The notes under the pieces: generated by a model | The model's database searches: none | What the model was told of the DNA's origin: nothing | What the model saw: only the letters and a program-made list of their open reading frames with translations | Assembly (NCBI GenBank): GCA_964016885.1 | Contig: OZ024742.1 | Coordinates: 217,496,001 to 217,560,000 of the forward strand | Direction of reading: 5' to 3' | Origin: Eledone cirrhosa | Lineage: Eukaryota | DNA: 64,000 bases | Translations under genes and position numbers: made by a program | Part shown: in pieces, positions 23,701 through 38,100 of the stretch | Layout: every line of letters begins with the position of its first letter | Numbering within the stretch: position 1 is the first letter of the stretch

Positions 23701-26700
23701 TACATGAAAGACTTCAACATGCATGTATATCAGTCCTCCTACCCTTTAGACCCATGAAAATAGCAAGACACCCATGCAACCCCTTATCATCAAATGCATA
23801 ATATAAGAGTTGTCACTATCAATGTTGGGACAATGAATGATAAGTGTGGTGAGATTGTGGAAATGTTAGAGAGGAGACAAGTAGATGTGTGCAAGAAGTA
23901 AAGTGGAGGGGGTGCTTCAGCCAGACTCATCACAGGCAACAAACAATGGTACAAATTCGTCTGGGTGGGAAGCAATAATGGGGTGGGAGAATAGGAATAC
24001 TCCTTGCTGAGAGATGGGTAGACCAAGTAATTGAGGTAGTCAGAGTGTGTGATAAATAATTAAACTTAAGACTAGCCTTGAGCAATACTACAGCTACTAT
24101 ATTATCTACAATACCCCACAAGTTGGATTTGCCAACAAACAAAAAGACCATTTCTATGAGGCCCTCCTGCAGATGGATTTCCTGCCATACAAGAAAACTG
24201 CAGTTATGGCACAAGAAATGAGGAGGGGGACTAGGCTTCTGGAGTTCTGTGATGCTCTCAACTTAATGATCTACAACACAAACTTCAAGAAATCAGCCAA
24301 CCACCTGGTTTGCATACAAGCTAAATAGACTTCATCCTCACGAGGAAACAGGACAGGCAAATGGTTGTAAATGCCAAAGCTTTTCCTGGGCAAGAATGTA
24401 CCTCCCAACATAGACTAATTGTCAGTGACCTTAGAATAAGTGTGAAATGGACTAAGAAACAATAACCAATCTGTGAAGGAAGACCTGGAAGCTAAGAGAA
24501 CTTGCGGCAGGTGCCAAATTCAGAGAAATCCTACTTGACCCCTTTGACAGTAAGGAAGAGGAGATGGAGACATATAACATGAAGGAAAACTGGGGATTCC
24601 TATGGAAGCCACAAACTGAAAATCATGATGTGGTCGGGGAAATATGCATTTGAAATGATAGGCAACTCAAAACTCATGACTTGCTGCCATGCATTATAGC
24701 ACCTAGTACACTCTGTAATGTGGTTAGCAATCAAATGGAGGTTGTAGGGGAGAAAGGACTCTTCAGTTTAGCCAAGCATGACAATCTCTCTAGTGCTGGT
24801 GCTACTATAAAACACACCCAGTACATTTTGTAAGGTGGTTAGTGTTAGGAAGGGCATCCAGTTGTAGAAGCTATGTCAAATATCAAACATTTGAGCAAGG
24901 TGTACTCTCTCTAACCTCTCAAGTCTCGGCTTGTGATAACTCTCCCAACTCATATCAGCATGGAAGGTGAATGTAAGATGATGTTGATGATGGAGACATC
25001 AGTTGAATCAGTCTGATTGTATTACTGGTATTTATGTATTTTATTGAACCTTGGAAAAGGATAAAAGACAAATAGCCCCAACTGTTTATCATCATCGTCA
25101 CTTTACTTCTGTTGTTCTACAGTTGCATGTGTTGGACGGGTCCGTCTCAGTACAGCATCTCTCCACTTGTTATGTTCTTTTTATCATCTCCTCTGTGAGC
25201 TTCAGCAATCTGCGATCAGCTCTCACCACTTCCATTCAGGTATCCTTGCATCTTCCTTCCACTGGGATTATTTGTCATTTCTTCACCTAGTGATCATCCA
25301 TACGCATCATATGTCCATACCAATGCAGTCTCCTCTCCTGCACACTTACTGATTCCTCTTACACCCAGTTTCTCCCTCAGTTCATCCATGCTTTGTCATT
25401 CTCTCACATTGACATTGCACATTTCATTGAAGCAAGCTTGTCTTATTTCTCTTCAGCTTCGCATGTCCTCTCTTTACTACCATGCAATATGACACTTCAC
25501 ACACAGGCATCGTACAGCCGACTTTTCATTCGCAAGGAGAAACTTTTTGTTGTTAGCAGACGTAGCAGTTCCCTAAACTTCTTCCATCCTGTCTTTATTC
25601 TAACTACTATGCTCTCTGGGCACTCTCCTCCACTGCTAATTATATTACCTAGGTAGCAGAAATTATCAACTCCCTTCTATGGATCCTTCCTGGGATTGGA
25701 AAAGATTTATATTATTTTATTATTGGAACTCTTACTATCAATTTTCCCTGAGCCTCTACTACATACAAAGTCTTTCTTTCCTGTTAGTCTGCCTGATATC
25801 CCACTACACATCTTGTGTAACCAAGATTTGCATTGTGTACATTATATAGAGTTTATGTCTATTCCTTTTCTACATATCGAGCAAGGTAACTTCCCTGATG
25901 AGATTAGTGCCCTATCTTCTTTCCTGCTTATTAACATTTTGGTTTTTGCTAAATTTACTCTAAGCCCTTTTGATTCTGTTTCCACCATGTCTGCCAAATT
26001 GCTACTCTTCTCATAATAAAAATAAGTTTCATGCTGTCATAATTGAGTTAGAATTCCACAACTGATATGCCATTCAAGTCCTAAGCCAGCCTGATGACAC
26101 TTGATAAAAGACATAAATTTCATCACTCTAACTGCTGTTGTGTGTGTGTGAAATAACTATGTATCTGTGCTAAGTTAACATTTTATATATTTAGGTTAGG
26201 AAAGTGGTTGATTTTTAATTTAGCTTCTGAATGACCTCTTTACACTAAAACTATTTTCACCACATCTGGAATGGTACTACCTTAGGCTATCACTAGTACT
26301 TTTAACTCTGTCTAGAGCTAAAGAGGAAGCCTCTATCTGATTCTTCAGCCTGCTACAAATAGCAACATCTTTAAAAAAATGGAGGGTGTGCACAGGAAAA
26401 TATAGTTTTAGATGCACGATATCTGAAAATATAATTGGATAGCTTGCTTGATCAGGGTCGACTTGGGATTAAACATTAACAACAACAACACCTTTATCCA
26501 GATAAGATACACTGACGGCTATTCAATAACAACTTTGTCCATAGAACAGAAATCATATAAACTGGCAGGTTCCTACTTCATAAAGATAACGCGCACCAAC
26601 AATGCTGATATGAATCACTTAACTGTAAAATAGAGAATTATCTTGATTGGAAGAATATTGCTTTGCGGGTTCACTGTAAATTTATCATGGGTAATTGCCT

Positions 26701-29700
26701 GTAATTTGATCACAAGGTAAATTATAATACATTGTTAGTAAATTCATCATAATGCCAAATACATAGTCAGTAAACATGTAACACTTTTTATCCATAGAGT
26801 AAATACATCACTAAGCAGTATTTAAAATTTTTATTTGCACAGTAAATACATTGCTAAACATTAAAGTTTTCATTTGTACAGTAATATATATTAGATTTCA
26901 TTAACAATGTTAAAGTAATTAAAAGATAGTGGTTTCTGATTTAGGCACAAGGCCTGAACATGTCCCTTGTTACCTCACACAAAGGACGGTGTGCTATGAA
27001 TGCTTTTATTGCAGTTTTTGGTGATTTTATTCACACCACTCACCAATTTGGTAATTTTCTCAGACACATGAAGACTAGGCATTTTTAGAGGCAGCTGTTA
27101 CTTGCCTTGTCATAGGTACATCGCTGGGTTGTCAGTTTTTTTTTTGGGGGGGGGGGGGGGGGGTTTGAGCTAACAGTAGTAGTTTACTGCTGTTTGGTTC
27201 AGGGATGTTCGTTCGTCTGGCAGGAACCTTCTTATATCACAACTAACCATCATATCTGGTGGTTGTATTGCTATCAACCACCACCACCACCTGCAACTTG
27301 TTGTCTTTTTGCATTGTGGTCTACTTGGATGGTAGGGTAGGCTAAATTTGTTGCCTAGTTTAATATCACACGCAAGGGTCTTTTGTGCCTTTAGAGAAGC
27401 CAACTCTGCTGCAATCATCAGGCTAGGTCTCTGGTTTGATAATATCGGTCGAACCCACCAGTTTCAGAGGGTCTGAAAAGGGTCATGGACATTGCTCTCT
27501 TTCCTGACTCAGAGATTTTTTTTTATGAATTATGAACAATGCTTCTTAGCTAATCCATTATTTAGTGATTTTGAAAATCATTGACACATTGAATTCTCTC
27601 AGCATTATCTCTATATATTTTTTTCTTTTTGTGATGTGGAATTTCTGCACTGACTATGCCTTTTTGATTATTACATAGTCTCTTGATTGTTTTTTTTGTT
27701 AATAAAATATGACGTGTTTACTCAGTGAATAAAATCTTGAGCTATATATATACTCTGTGTATAAAAAGTGTGATCATGAATTTACCAGCAGTGTATTTGT
27801 CTTGAAAATGAATTTGTTGATGTATTGGCATGCAATGTAATAACCTTGCAATGAAATTACCATGTGATATGTTTACTATAATGAATTTACTGGATAGCTG
27901 GTTTTCATGGAAGAAGTATTAAGGTCAACTCCAAATAGAGGTAAATGGATCCTCAATCAGTTTTAACAATAGCGCTAAGAATTACATGTGCAGTCTAGCT
28001 GACAGGCTTGCACATAGTTTATGTCTACCCAGTGTCATTCACAATTCAATCTTGTTTAAGAAGCCACTTCTTAACCACTCAGTCATGTGCTTGTGTTCAA
28101 TGGCTAAAGTATAAGATTCGTTCATAAATTAAAATAAAAAACAACAATTTTTTATTGTTTAGTCAGAGGAGGAACGGTAGCACTCATGACTTTTTGCAGA
28201 GATTTTGAGACTTATGGAAGAATTCTTTAGCTCTTTCAATTGCGCAGAGGGTTCTATAGAAATAGTGGACAGCTTCCGTTACCTGGGCGATAAAATCAGC
28301 AGTGGGGGAGGGTGCTCTGAAAGTACAGTAGCTAGAGTCAGAACTGGTTGGAAAAAGTTCAGAGAGCTTATACCACTATTAGCTGCTAAAGGGTTCTCCC
28401 TAAAAATGAAAGGCAGGTTGTACGATGCCTGCATACGAACAGCAATGCTGCATGGCAGTGAGACCTGGGCATTGTGTGCAGAGGATATACGCAGACTAGA
28501 GAGGAACGAAACATGCATGCTCCGCTGGATGTGTAACAGTAATATACGTGAACGGCAAAGCATAAACGAACTAAGGAAAAAATTAGAGATAAGAGGGATC
28601 AGATGTTGTTTACTCGAGAGAAGGTTACGTTGGTATGGTCACGTGATGCGCATGAAAGACGACAGCTGTATAACAAAGTGCAGGGCAATAAAGATAGACG
28701 GTAGTCACGGAATAGGCAGACCTAGAAAAACCTGGGACGAGCTGATAAACTCCGACATCACACACTTACACCTCTCCAAGACAATGTCACTGGACCGAGA
28801 CCTTTGGCGGTACTCAGTAACAGAGAAGACCCGCCTTACCTGAGCTAACAGTAGTAGTTTACTGCTGTTTGGTTCAGGGATGTTCGTTCGTCTGGCAGGA
28901 ACCTTCTTATATCACAACTAACCATCATATCTGGTGGTTGTATTGCTATCAACCACCACCACCACCTGCAACTTGTTGTCTTTTTGCATTGTGGTCTACT
29001 TGGATGGTAGGGTAGGCTAAATTTGTTGCCTAGTTTAATATCACACGCAAGGGTCTTTTGTGCCTTTAGAGAAGCCAACTCTGCTGCAATCATCAGGCTA
29101 GGTCTCTGGTTTGATAATATCGGTCGAACCCACCAGTTTCAGAGGGTCTGAAAAGGGTCATGGACATTGCTCTCTTTCCTGACTCAGAGATTTTTTTTTA
29201 TGAATTATGAACAATGCTTCTTAGCTAATCCATTATTTAGTGATTTTGAAAATCATTGACACATTGAATTCTCTCAGCATTATCTCTATATATTTTTTTC
29301 TTTTTGTGATGTGGAATTTCTGCACTGACTATGCCTTTTTGATTATTACATAGTCTCTTGATTGTTTTTTTTGTTAATAAAATATGACGTGTTTACTCAG
29401 TGAATAAAATCTTGAGCTATATATATACTCTGTGTATAAAAAGTGTGATCATGAATTTACCAGCAGTGTATTTGTCTTGAAAATGAATTTGTTGATGTAT
29501 TGGCATGCAATGTAATAACCTTGCAATGAAATTACCATGTGATATGTTTACTATAATGAATTTACTGGATAGCTGGTTTTCATGGAAGAAGTATTAAGGT
29601 CAACTCCAAATAGAGGTAAATGGATCCTCAATCAGTTTTAACAATAGCGCTAAGAATTACATGTGCAGTCTAGCTGACAGGCTTGCACATAGTTTATGTC

Positions 29701-32700
29701 TACCCAGTGTCATTCACAATTCAATCTTGTTTAAGAAGCCACTTCTTAACCACTCAGTCATGTGCTTGTGTTCAATGGCTAAAGTATAAGATTCGTTCAT
29801 AAATTAAAATAAAAAACAACAATTTTTTATTGTTTAGTCAGAGGAGGAACGGTAGCACTCATGACTTTTTGCAGAGATTTTGAGACTTATGGAAGAATTC
29901 TTTAGCTCTTTCAATTGCGCAGAGGGTTCTATAGAAATAGTGGACAGCTTCCGTTACCTGGGCGATAAAATCAGCAGTGGGGGAGGGTGCTCTGAAAGTA
30001 CAGTAGCTAGAGTCAGAACTGGTTGGAAAAAGTTCAGAGAGCTTATACCACTATTAGCTGCTAAAGGGTTCTCCCTAAAAATGAAAGGCAGGTTGTACGA
30101 TGCCTGCATACGAACAGCAATGCTGCATGGCAGTGAGACCTGGGCATTGTGTGCAGAGGATATACGCAGACTAGAGAGGAACGAAACATGCATGCTCCGC
30201 TGGATGTGTAACAGTAATATACGTGAACGGCAAAGCATAAACGAACTAAGGAAAAAATTAGAGATAAGAGGGATCAGATGTTGTTTACTCGAGAGAAGGT
30301 TACGTTGGTATGGTCACGTGATGCGCATGAAAGACGACAGCTGTATAACAAAGTGCAGGGCAATAAAGATAGACGGTAGTCACGGAATAGGCAGACCTAG
30401 AAAAACCTGGGACGAGCTGATAAACTCCGACATCACACACTTACACCTCTCCAAGACAATGTCACTGGACCGAGACCTTTGGCGGTACTCAGTAACAGAG
30501 AAGACCCGCCTTACCTAAATATATAGTAAAACCTACTCCAGCCAGTAGGCATCTCTAACAAAATACACCCCGTCCCACCACCACCACCCCCACCCCATCC
30601 ACACCACCCCGTTCTATGTAAAGTTATGTTGGTGCCGCGCCATCGAGGCCGAAACAAATGAGATCGTGTAGGTGTCACGACAAAAAAACACACAGTCCAC
30701 GCTGTAATGTGGCCGTGTAGGCAACACGGTAAAAACCTCCCAGACCCACACTGTAAATGTGGTTGGTGTTAAGAAGGGCATCCAACTGTAGAAAACCTGC
30801 CAGACAGTCCTATGCGAGCAAGACAATCACTCTTGCCTCAAGTGGGACTACCCCCGTCCAAACCCATGCAAGCGTGGAACACGGACGTTAAACGTTGATG
30901 ATGATGATGATAGACTTAGTCTGAATACTTACAACAAAATATGCTCCTAAAAGTCAAATGGTAATTCAAATCCACTGCATACATTTTATTGTGTCTCTGA
31001 GCAGAATCTTTTAGTTTACAAAGTCTTTCATCTAACTGTCACAAATAGGTGATCCAGAGATCAGCAGTTGTTAGTCAGGGTGATAGACTAGCATCCTGTT
31101 ATGGTAAAGATTTCGCTCATTCTCATTTGCTGAAAATCACTTCAAAATTTCTTTTCAAATCTAGAGAACCCAACAATATTTATATTCATCTGAACCTTCA
31201 AAGTGTTCTTTATTCTAACAAGCATAGAGTGGTTGATTGGCAGAATCAGTAATGTGTTGGACAAAATGCCATGCTGTTACATCTCTTTATGTTCTTAGTT
31301 TGAATCTTGCCATGGTTAACTCTAACTTTCATCCTTCTGGGATCAATAAAACAAGGACTAGGGTTAATGCTATCAATTGTCCCTTCAAACAAAATGCCTG
31401 GTCTTTTGCCTGTGTAAGAAATTAATTATAACAATCATACTCAAAATTATTTTTTTGAGACATTGAAAATTAAGGTTAGATCACTGTATTAAAACCAAAC
31501 TATTACTGAAACAGAATTTCCTAGAACTATTCTATTCAAACTCTAACCAATTACTTCTCATTATGTTAGAGATACATATCCTTTAATGGTGATATGCATG
31601 GCATCTTGTGTTGGCGTTCATCCAGATCAGGTTGAGCCAGTTAGTTCTAACCAATGCATCCACAGCAATCACATATATCCAACAGTAGACACTCTATATG
31701 TGAGGACCAGATATTAGCTCAAGATCTAGCTTGATCGTGCCAATCTATGTTTTCCACTATGTTGTTTTATGCCATCCTTGGAAAGAGCTCAGGCTCAACA
31801 GCATTGCAGATGAGTTCACCTCATGGGTGACAGAGTGTATGACCAATCAATGCATCTTTTGAATAGTTGTTGGGGGGAATTAATCTGACAGTGACAACAA
31901 ATTTTAGAGCTTGGTACTAAATTCAATGTGTAGAGAGGATTCGGTGAAGGGAAAAACAGCACAGACATAGTTGATGTAGACATCTATCTCATCTTTATCA
32001 GTGAGGGTAGTGGAAAAATACTTGAATTGATTGGTTTCTTCCAGAATTTTGTCATTGAGTATGATAGGCATTCTTTGAGAAAGCCAGTTGCCGGCAGATA
32101 GCATCCTAGCAGAATCCTACAACAATTAGCCCTATAATCCAATTTCTTTGACTTGACGATGTGTAACATTTTCAAAATAATATTTAATGCTAGCACGTTA
32201 CCCTGTATATGACATGTAGTAGTTTAGAACAATAGACTGGTGGAGTTGTAACGGTGTTGGAGAGGATACCTTGTGTATTTGTTCTAGCTCTTTGCATTCT
32301 AGGTTCAAATCCTGCAATGACCTACTTGGATGGTAGGCTTAATTGTTCACCTAGTTTAACTATACCACTTGACTCTTTAGTGCTTTTAGCAGAATCCATT
32401 TTATTGCAAGCATTCTGGTTTGAGGATACCTTCTTCACTTCCTTCTTCATAAATAGTCTTGGAAGCCGTACCAAACAAATCCATCCCTACTCCTACACAC
32501 AGGCAGTCATTCACAATAACACATAACAATGTCAGCACACTGCTTACACAAATAGTTTAAATCCAAGGCATTGCACTCAATTCCTCTATTAGAAGTGTGA
32601 ATTTAATACCTGTAGTATTGAACCACAACTCAAAACTCAGACTCCCATAATTACATCTACAAAATGCCATTAAGCTCTCATTATTCTCTTGTGGAAAGTT

Positions 32701-35089
32701 GTTGCTGCCTGATGATTTTAGATTTCAGTAATACAAGCAACACTACAGTATAGAATACTAATTTTGTTTCTTCTCTGTTTCTGTCAAGAGGAAATTAACT
32801 GATTTAATTTTATTGTTATGTTAAAGTCATTTGGTGTTAAAGGGTATTATCATTATTATTATTGACAGCCTGATTGTTTCAATAGCTGCAAAATGATTCT
32901 TGCTTTCAAAGGAATTTGCTGGTGATTCATTATTATTATTTTGTTGTTGTTCTTATTGTTCTTATTTTCAACTTGGTTCTATTTTAAAGACCTAAGAGGT
33001 TAATTAAAAGTCTCAGTATCATTTGCATACAGGATGAGGGTATATAAATTCTTCACTCTTGCTGGTGCTACTAAAACCACTACTACTATAATAATTTAAG
33101 CAAAGAAAAAGATATTAGATGAAGTGGTGAGATCAAATCCCAAGATATTAGGCCTCACAGATGAGATAGATAACACATAGTCCAACCCATGCTTATTTGA
33201 AGAAATTATATTAAAAACCATTCTGTTAATGTTATTTAGAATAATGAATATAAAAATTGACAATATAAAAAATGATCAAATCGATTGACAAGATCTGACA
33301 TCACTTGTTTACCGAGTGAGGTGGAACTCGTGAAATCAGACCAAGGAAACAATGTTTCTGTTGATGATACTATCTACTAGTCGCAACTCCTGGCAGGAAG
33401 AGCAACATGAAGTGAAGTGTCTTGCTCAAGGATGTAACACATCTACCGGTCTGGGAATCAAACTCCTAACCTCATGATTGCAAATCCAATTCTCTAACCA
33501 CTAAGTAACGTGTAGTGTAAGATTAAGATATCAATGGTTAAAGTTGTCCTCGTATATTACTGTTACATATCAATCCTAAAACTAAGAATAAAAGGGATAA
33601 TTAACTGTATAGGTGCATTTATGACCATAATGTGGTACTTTCAACAAGTATCTTTTACTATTATCTTGGGCCAACCAATGCCTTGTGAGTAAATCTGGTA
33701 GACAGAAACTTTAAAAGAAGCCCATTGCATCATTATCTTCATCTTTACGTCCATTTTTCCAAGCTGGCATGGGTTAAATCTACATGTGTGTGTGTGTATG
33801 TATGTATATATACTCCATTTTATGTCCCAAATGCAAAGTATGGGTGCATAAAAGATGTAGTGGGATCACAGGTAAGCTAACTAAGAATATAGATTTTATA
33901 TGTGGCCGGTGCTCTGGTGCAATAAGTAGCAGCAAGTGCCCACAAAATACTAGCTCATTCCATTGCACAGATAGTTCTATAGAAATAGTGGACAGCTTCC
34001 GTTACCTGAGTGACAAAATCAGCAGTGGGGGAGGGTGCTCTGAAAGTACAGTAGCTAGAGTCAGAACTGGATGGAAAAAGTTCAGAGAGCTTATACCACT
34101 ATTGGCCGCTAAAGGATTCTCTCTAAAAATGAAAGGCAGGCTGTATGATGCCTGCATACGAACAGCAATGTTACATGGCAGTGAGACCTGGGCATTGTGT
34201 GCAGAGGATATACGCAGACTGGAGAGAAACGAAGCTTGCATGCTCCGCTGGATGTGTGATAGTAATATACGTGAACGGCAAAGCATAAACGAACTAAGGG
34301 AGAAATTAGGAATAAGAGGGATCAGATGTTGTTTACTCGAGAGAAGATTATGTTGGTACGGTCACGTGATGCGCATGAAAGACGACAGCTGTATAAAAAA
34401 GTGCAGGCCGATAAAAATAGACGGTAGCCACGGAGTAGGCAGACCCAGAGAAACCTGGGACGACTTGATAAATTCCGACCTCACACACTTACACCTCTCC
34501 AAGACAATGTCACTGGACCGAGATCTTTGGCGCTACACAATTATACAGAAGACCCGCCTTGCCTAAGTACAAAGCGAAACCTACAGTCAGTAGGCACCTC
34601 TAACAAAATACGCCCCCGTCCACTACCCCCACCCCATCCACACCACCCCCTTAAATGTGAAGTTATGTTGGTACCACAACATCCAGTCCGAAACAAATGA
34701 GGTCGTGTAGGTGTCACGACAAAAAAACACACAGTCCACGCTGTAATGTGGCCGTGTAGGTAACATGGTAAAAACCTCCCAGTACACACTGTAAACGTGG
34801 TTGGTGTTGGAAAGGGCACCCAGTCGTAGAAATAGAAAACCCGCCAGACGTGTAGGTGTTACGACAATAAAACACACAGTCCACGCTGTAATGTGGCCGT
34901 GTAGGTAACACGGTAAAAACCTCCCAGTCCACACTGTAAACGTGGTTGGTGTTAGGAAGGGCATCCAGCCGTAGAAAACCCGCCAGACAGTCCTATGCGA
35001 TCAAGACAACCACTCTTGCCTCAAGTGGGACAATTCCCGTCCAGATCCATGCTAGCGTGGAAAATGGACGTTAAACAATGATGATGATG

Positions 35090-35128
<39 letters not shown>

Positions 35129-38100
35129 AGTGGTCGTGGAGGTGCCATGGATGGCAAAAAAGCACCCTGCACTCACTGTAAATGAGGCTGGTGTTAGGAA
35201 GGGCATCCAGCTGTAGAAATCAACCCAGAATCAGTTCCCATCCCACCCTAGCAAGCAGGGAAAAGGCGGACGTAAAATGAAATGAAATGATGATGATATA
35301 TATATATATATGTGTGTATGTGTGTATATATTTTCATCATTTTTACATCTGCTTTTCCCTGCTTGCAAGGGTGGGACATGAATTGATTCTGGCTTGATTT
35401 CTACAGCTGGATGCCCTTCTTAACACCAACCTCATTTACAGTGAGTGCTGGGTGCCTTTTTGCAGTGGAATGATATGGACCCCAGTCCCTATCATCTCAT
35501 TTCTACAGCTGAGTAAACTGGAGCAATGTGAAATATAGTGTCTTGCTCAAGGAAACAACACATCACCCGGTCTGAGAATTGAACTCACAACCTTTCGATT
35601 GCAAGGCCAATACTCTAAACACTAAGCCATGTGCCTCCATATATATATATATATATTCACTAGCATGAAATCATTATCTTAATAGATAGTGTATTTATCT
35701 TCTTATATATATGTATATTGTGATAAAGAGTCAGATAAAATAAAAGAGTGAGTCACAGAGATTGGTAAACAAATAGATATAGATTGACCACACACATATA
35801 GATAGAGGGAGAGAAGTAGTTGTCATTTTCACTCACAAATACAACTATAAGTTCTATGTAATTTTAAAAATAAGGATTACCAAGCTTTATTTATTTATAA
35901 AAGACATCTTTTACATATAAATACAATTTATATAATATTTGATTTAAGAAAAAATTGAATAAAATATACATGGATATATATTTATAACATAGTAGCCACC
36001 AAATATGATGAGGTTTATATTAAAAAATATATAATTTAATAATTCTTTGATTATATTCTGTCTAAAGGTACTTGAATCCTTGATTTTCCTTGGCCTACTC
36101 CCTCTTGTCACTCAGGTCATTGCCATATTACATTTAAATGAATTACAGTAATTTTCTGTAATCATTATAAAAAATGCACTGAATTACAAGGACTTCGTTC
36201 TACCTATCTATCTTCAAACTGCTATTGGGATGATTTGTGCTTTGTTGTTGTTATTATTGTTCTTGTTTAAAAAAAGATGCATTGGTAATTATATATAAAT
36301 AGATAACTATAGATTGACAGTTGCGCAAACAGACAGATAGATAGATAGATATTGTTTTTATCATACAAAGATTGACAGTAATAGATAACAGCTGTTCTGA
36401 CCACTGACCATCTTGTGAACACTGAGAGAGAGAGGGGTAGAGAGGAAGATATCAAATTACCATTTCCTAAACAAATCTAGCACAAAGTAGTTGTCATATG
36501 ATTCTTGCATTTTATTATAAAGATATAGATATATCCAATTCAAAAAGATATACAGACTGGCATATGTATATATATATATATATAGATGTGTGTGTGTGTG
36601 TGTCAGGTAGTAGTATTGGAGTCAATATAATGCTCTCAGTACATGCTGTAAAGTGGTTGGCATTAGGAATGGCATCCAGCTGTACAAACTAAATAAAAAA
36701 ATTGAACATGTCAGTTAGATGTGGTCACTTGATTGGTCTGGCCCCAGAACCCAATAAGCTATCTAACCCACGGCTGGTTGCCCTTCTTAACATCAACCAC
36801 ATTTACAGTGTGGAACTGGGAACTTTTTACCGGTTACCTACATGGCCACATTACAGCGTGGACTGTGTGTTTTTTTGTCGTGACACCTACACGATCTCGA
36901 TCTCATTATCTCATTTGTTTGGACAAGGCAGGTCTTCTGTATTACTGCGTAGCGCCAAAGATCTCGGTCCAGTGACATTGTCTTAGAGAGGTGCAAGTGT
37001 GTAAGGTCGGAATTTATCAAGTCGTCCCAGGTTTTTCTGGGTCTACTTACTCCGTAACTACAATCAATTTTGATCGCTCTGCACTTTTTTATACAGCTGT
37101 CTTTCATGCGCATCACGTGACCATACCAATGTAGTCTCCTCTCAAGTAAACAGCATCTGGTCCCTCTTATTCCTAATTTCTCACTTAGTTCATTTATACT
37201 TTACCGTTCACGTATATTACTATTACACAAACGGAGCATGCATGCTTCGTTCCTTTCCAGTCTGTGCAGGTCCTCTGCACTCAATGCCCATGTCTCACTG
37301 CCATGTAGCATTGCTGTTCGTATACAGGCTTCATACAATCTGCCTTTCATTTTTAGAGAGGAACCTTTTGTGGCCAACATCGATATAAGCTCTCTGAACT
37401 TTTTCCATCCCGTTCTGACTCTGGCTACTGTACTTTCAGAGCACCCTCCACAACTGCTGATTTTGTCACCCAAGTAATGGAAAGTGTCCACTATTTCTAT
37501 AGAACCATCTGGGCAATAGAAGGAGCTAGTATCCTGTGGGCACTTGCTACTTATTGCACCTGAGCATCAGCCACATATAAAATCTACGTTCTTAGATAGT
37601 TTACCTGTGATCCCACTACATATTTTATGAACCCATAGTTTGCATTTGGGACATAAAATGGAATTTCTGCCTACTCCTTTCCTACACACTGAGCATGGCC
37701 ATTTCCCTGAGGGTACCTGTGCCCTATTTTCCTTTCTACAAACCAGAACTTTAGTCTTAGACTCAGTGGTTTGACTATTGTAAACTTTTTGATACCAACC
37801 CACCCAAAACCCTCTCTGATTCTCTGAAACAAAACTACCCATTTTAAAGGCTTCCTGTTTAAAATATCTTGCAGTATTATTTGACAGATGAAGTTTTTGT
37901 TAAATTATATTACAGATACCAACTTAATAATGAAATAATTAATAATTTTAGTATCATTTCATTATAAATATGGTAATGAAAGGGCTAAATGGTCTCTTCT
38001 GACTTAATGTATTATTAATATTTACAGGATTGTTGTTTAGTTCCAGGGTAGTCTCTTATCCTGATTAAGCAGTAGTATTCCAAATATAACGATCCTCACT

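Noticed and set aside
27415-27421. Other CTGATGA hits as hammerheads (also 6159, 13365, 26091, 32709, 54897)
   Set aside because: None has stem II plus GAAA in the right arrangement.
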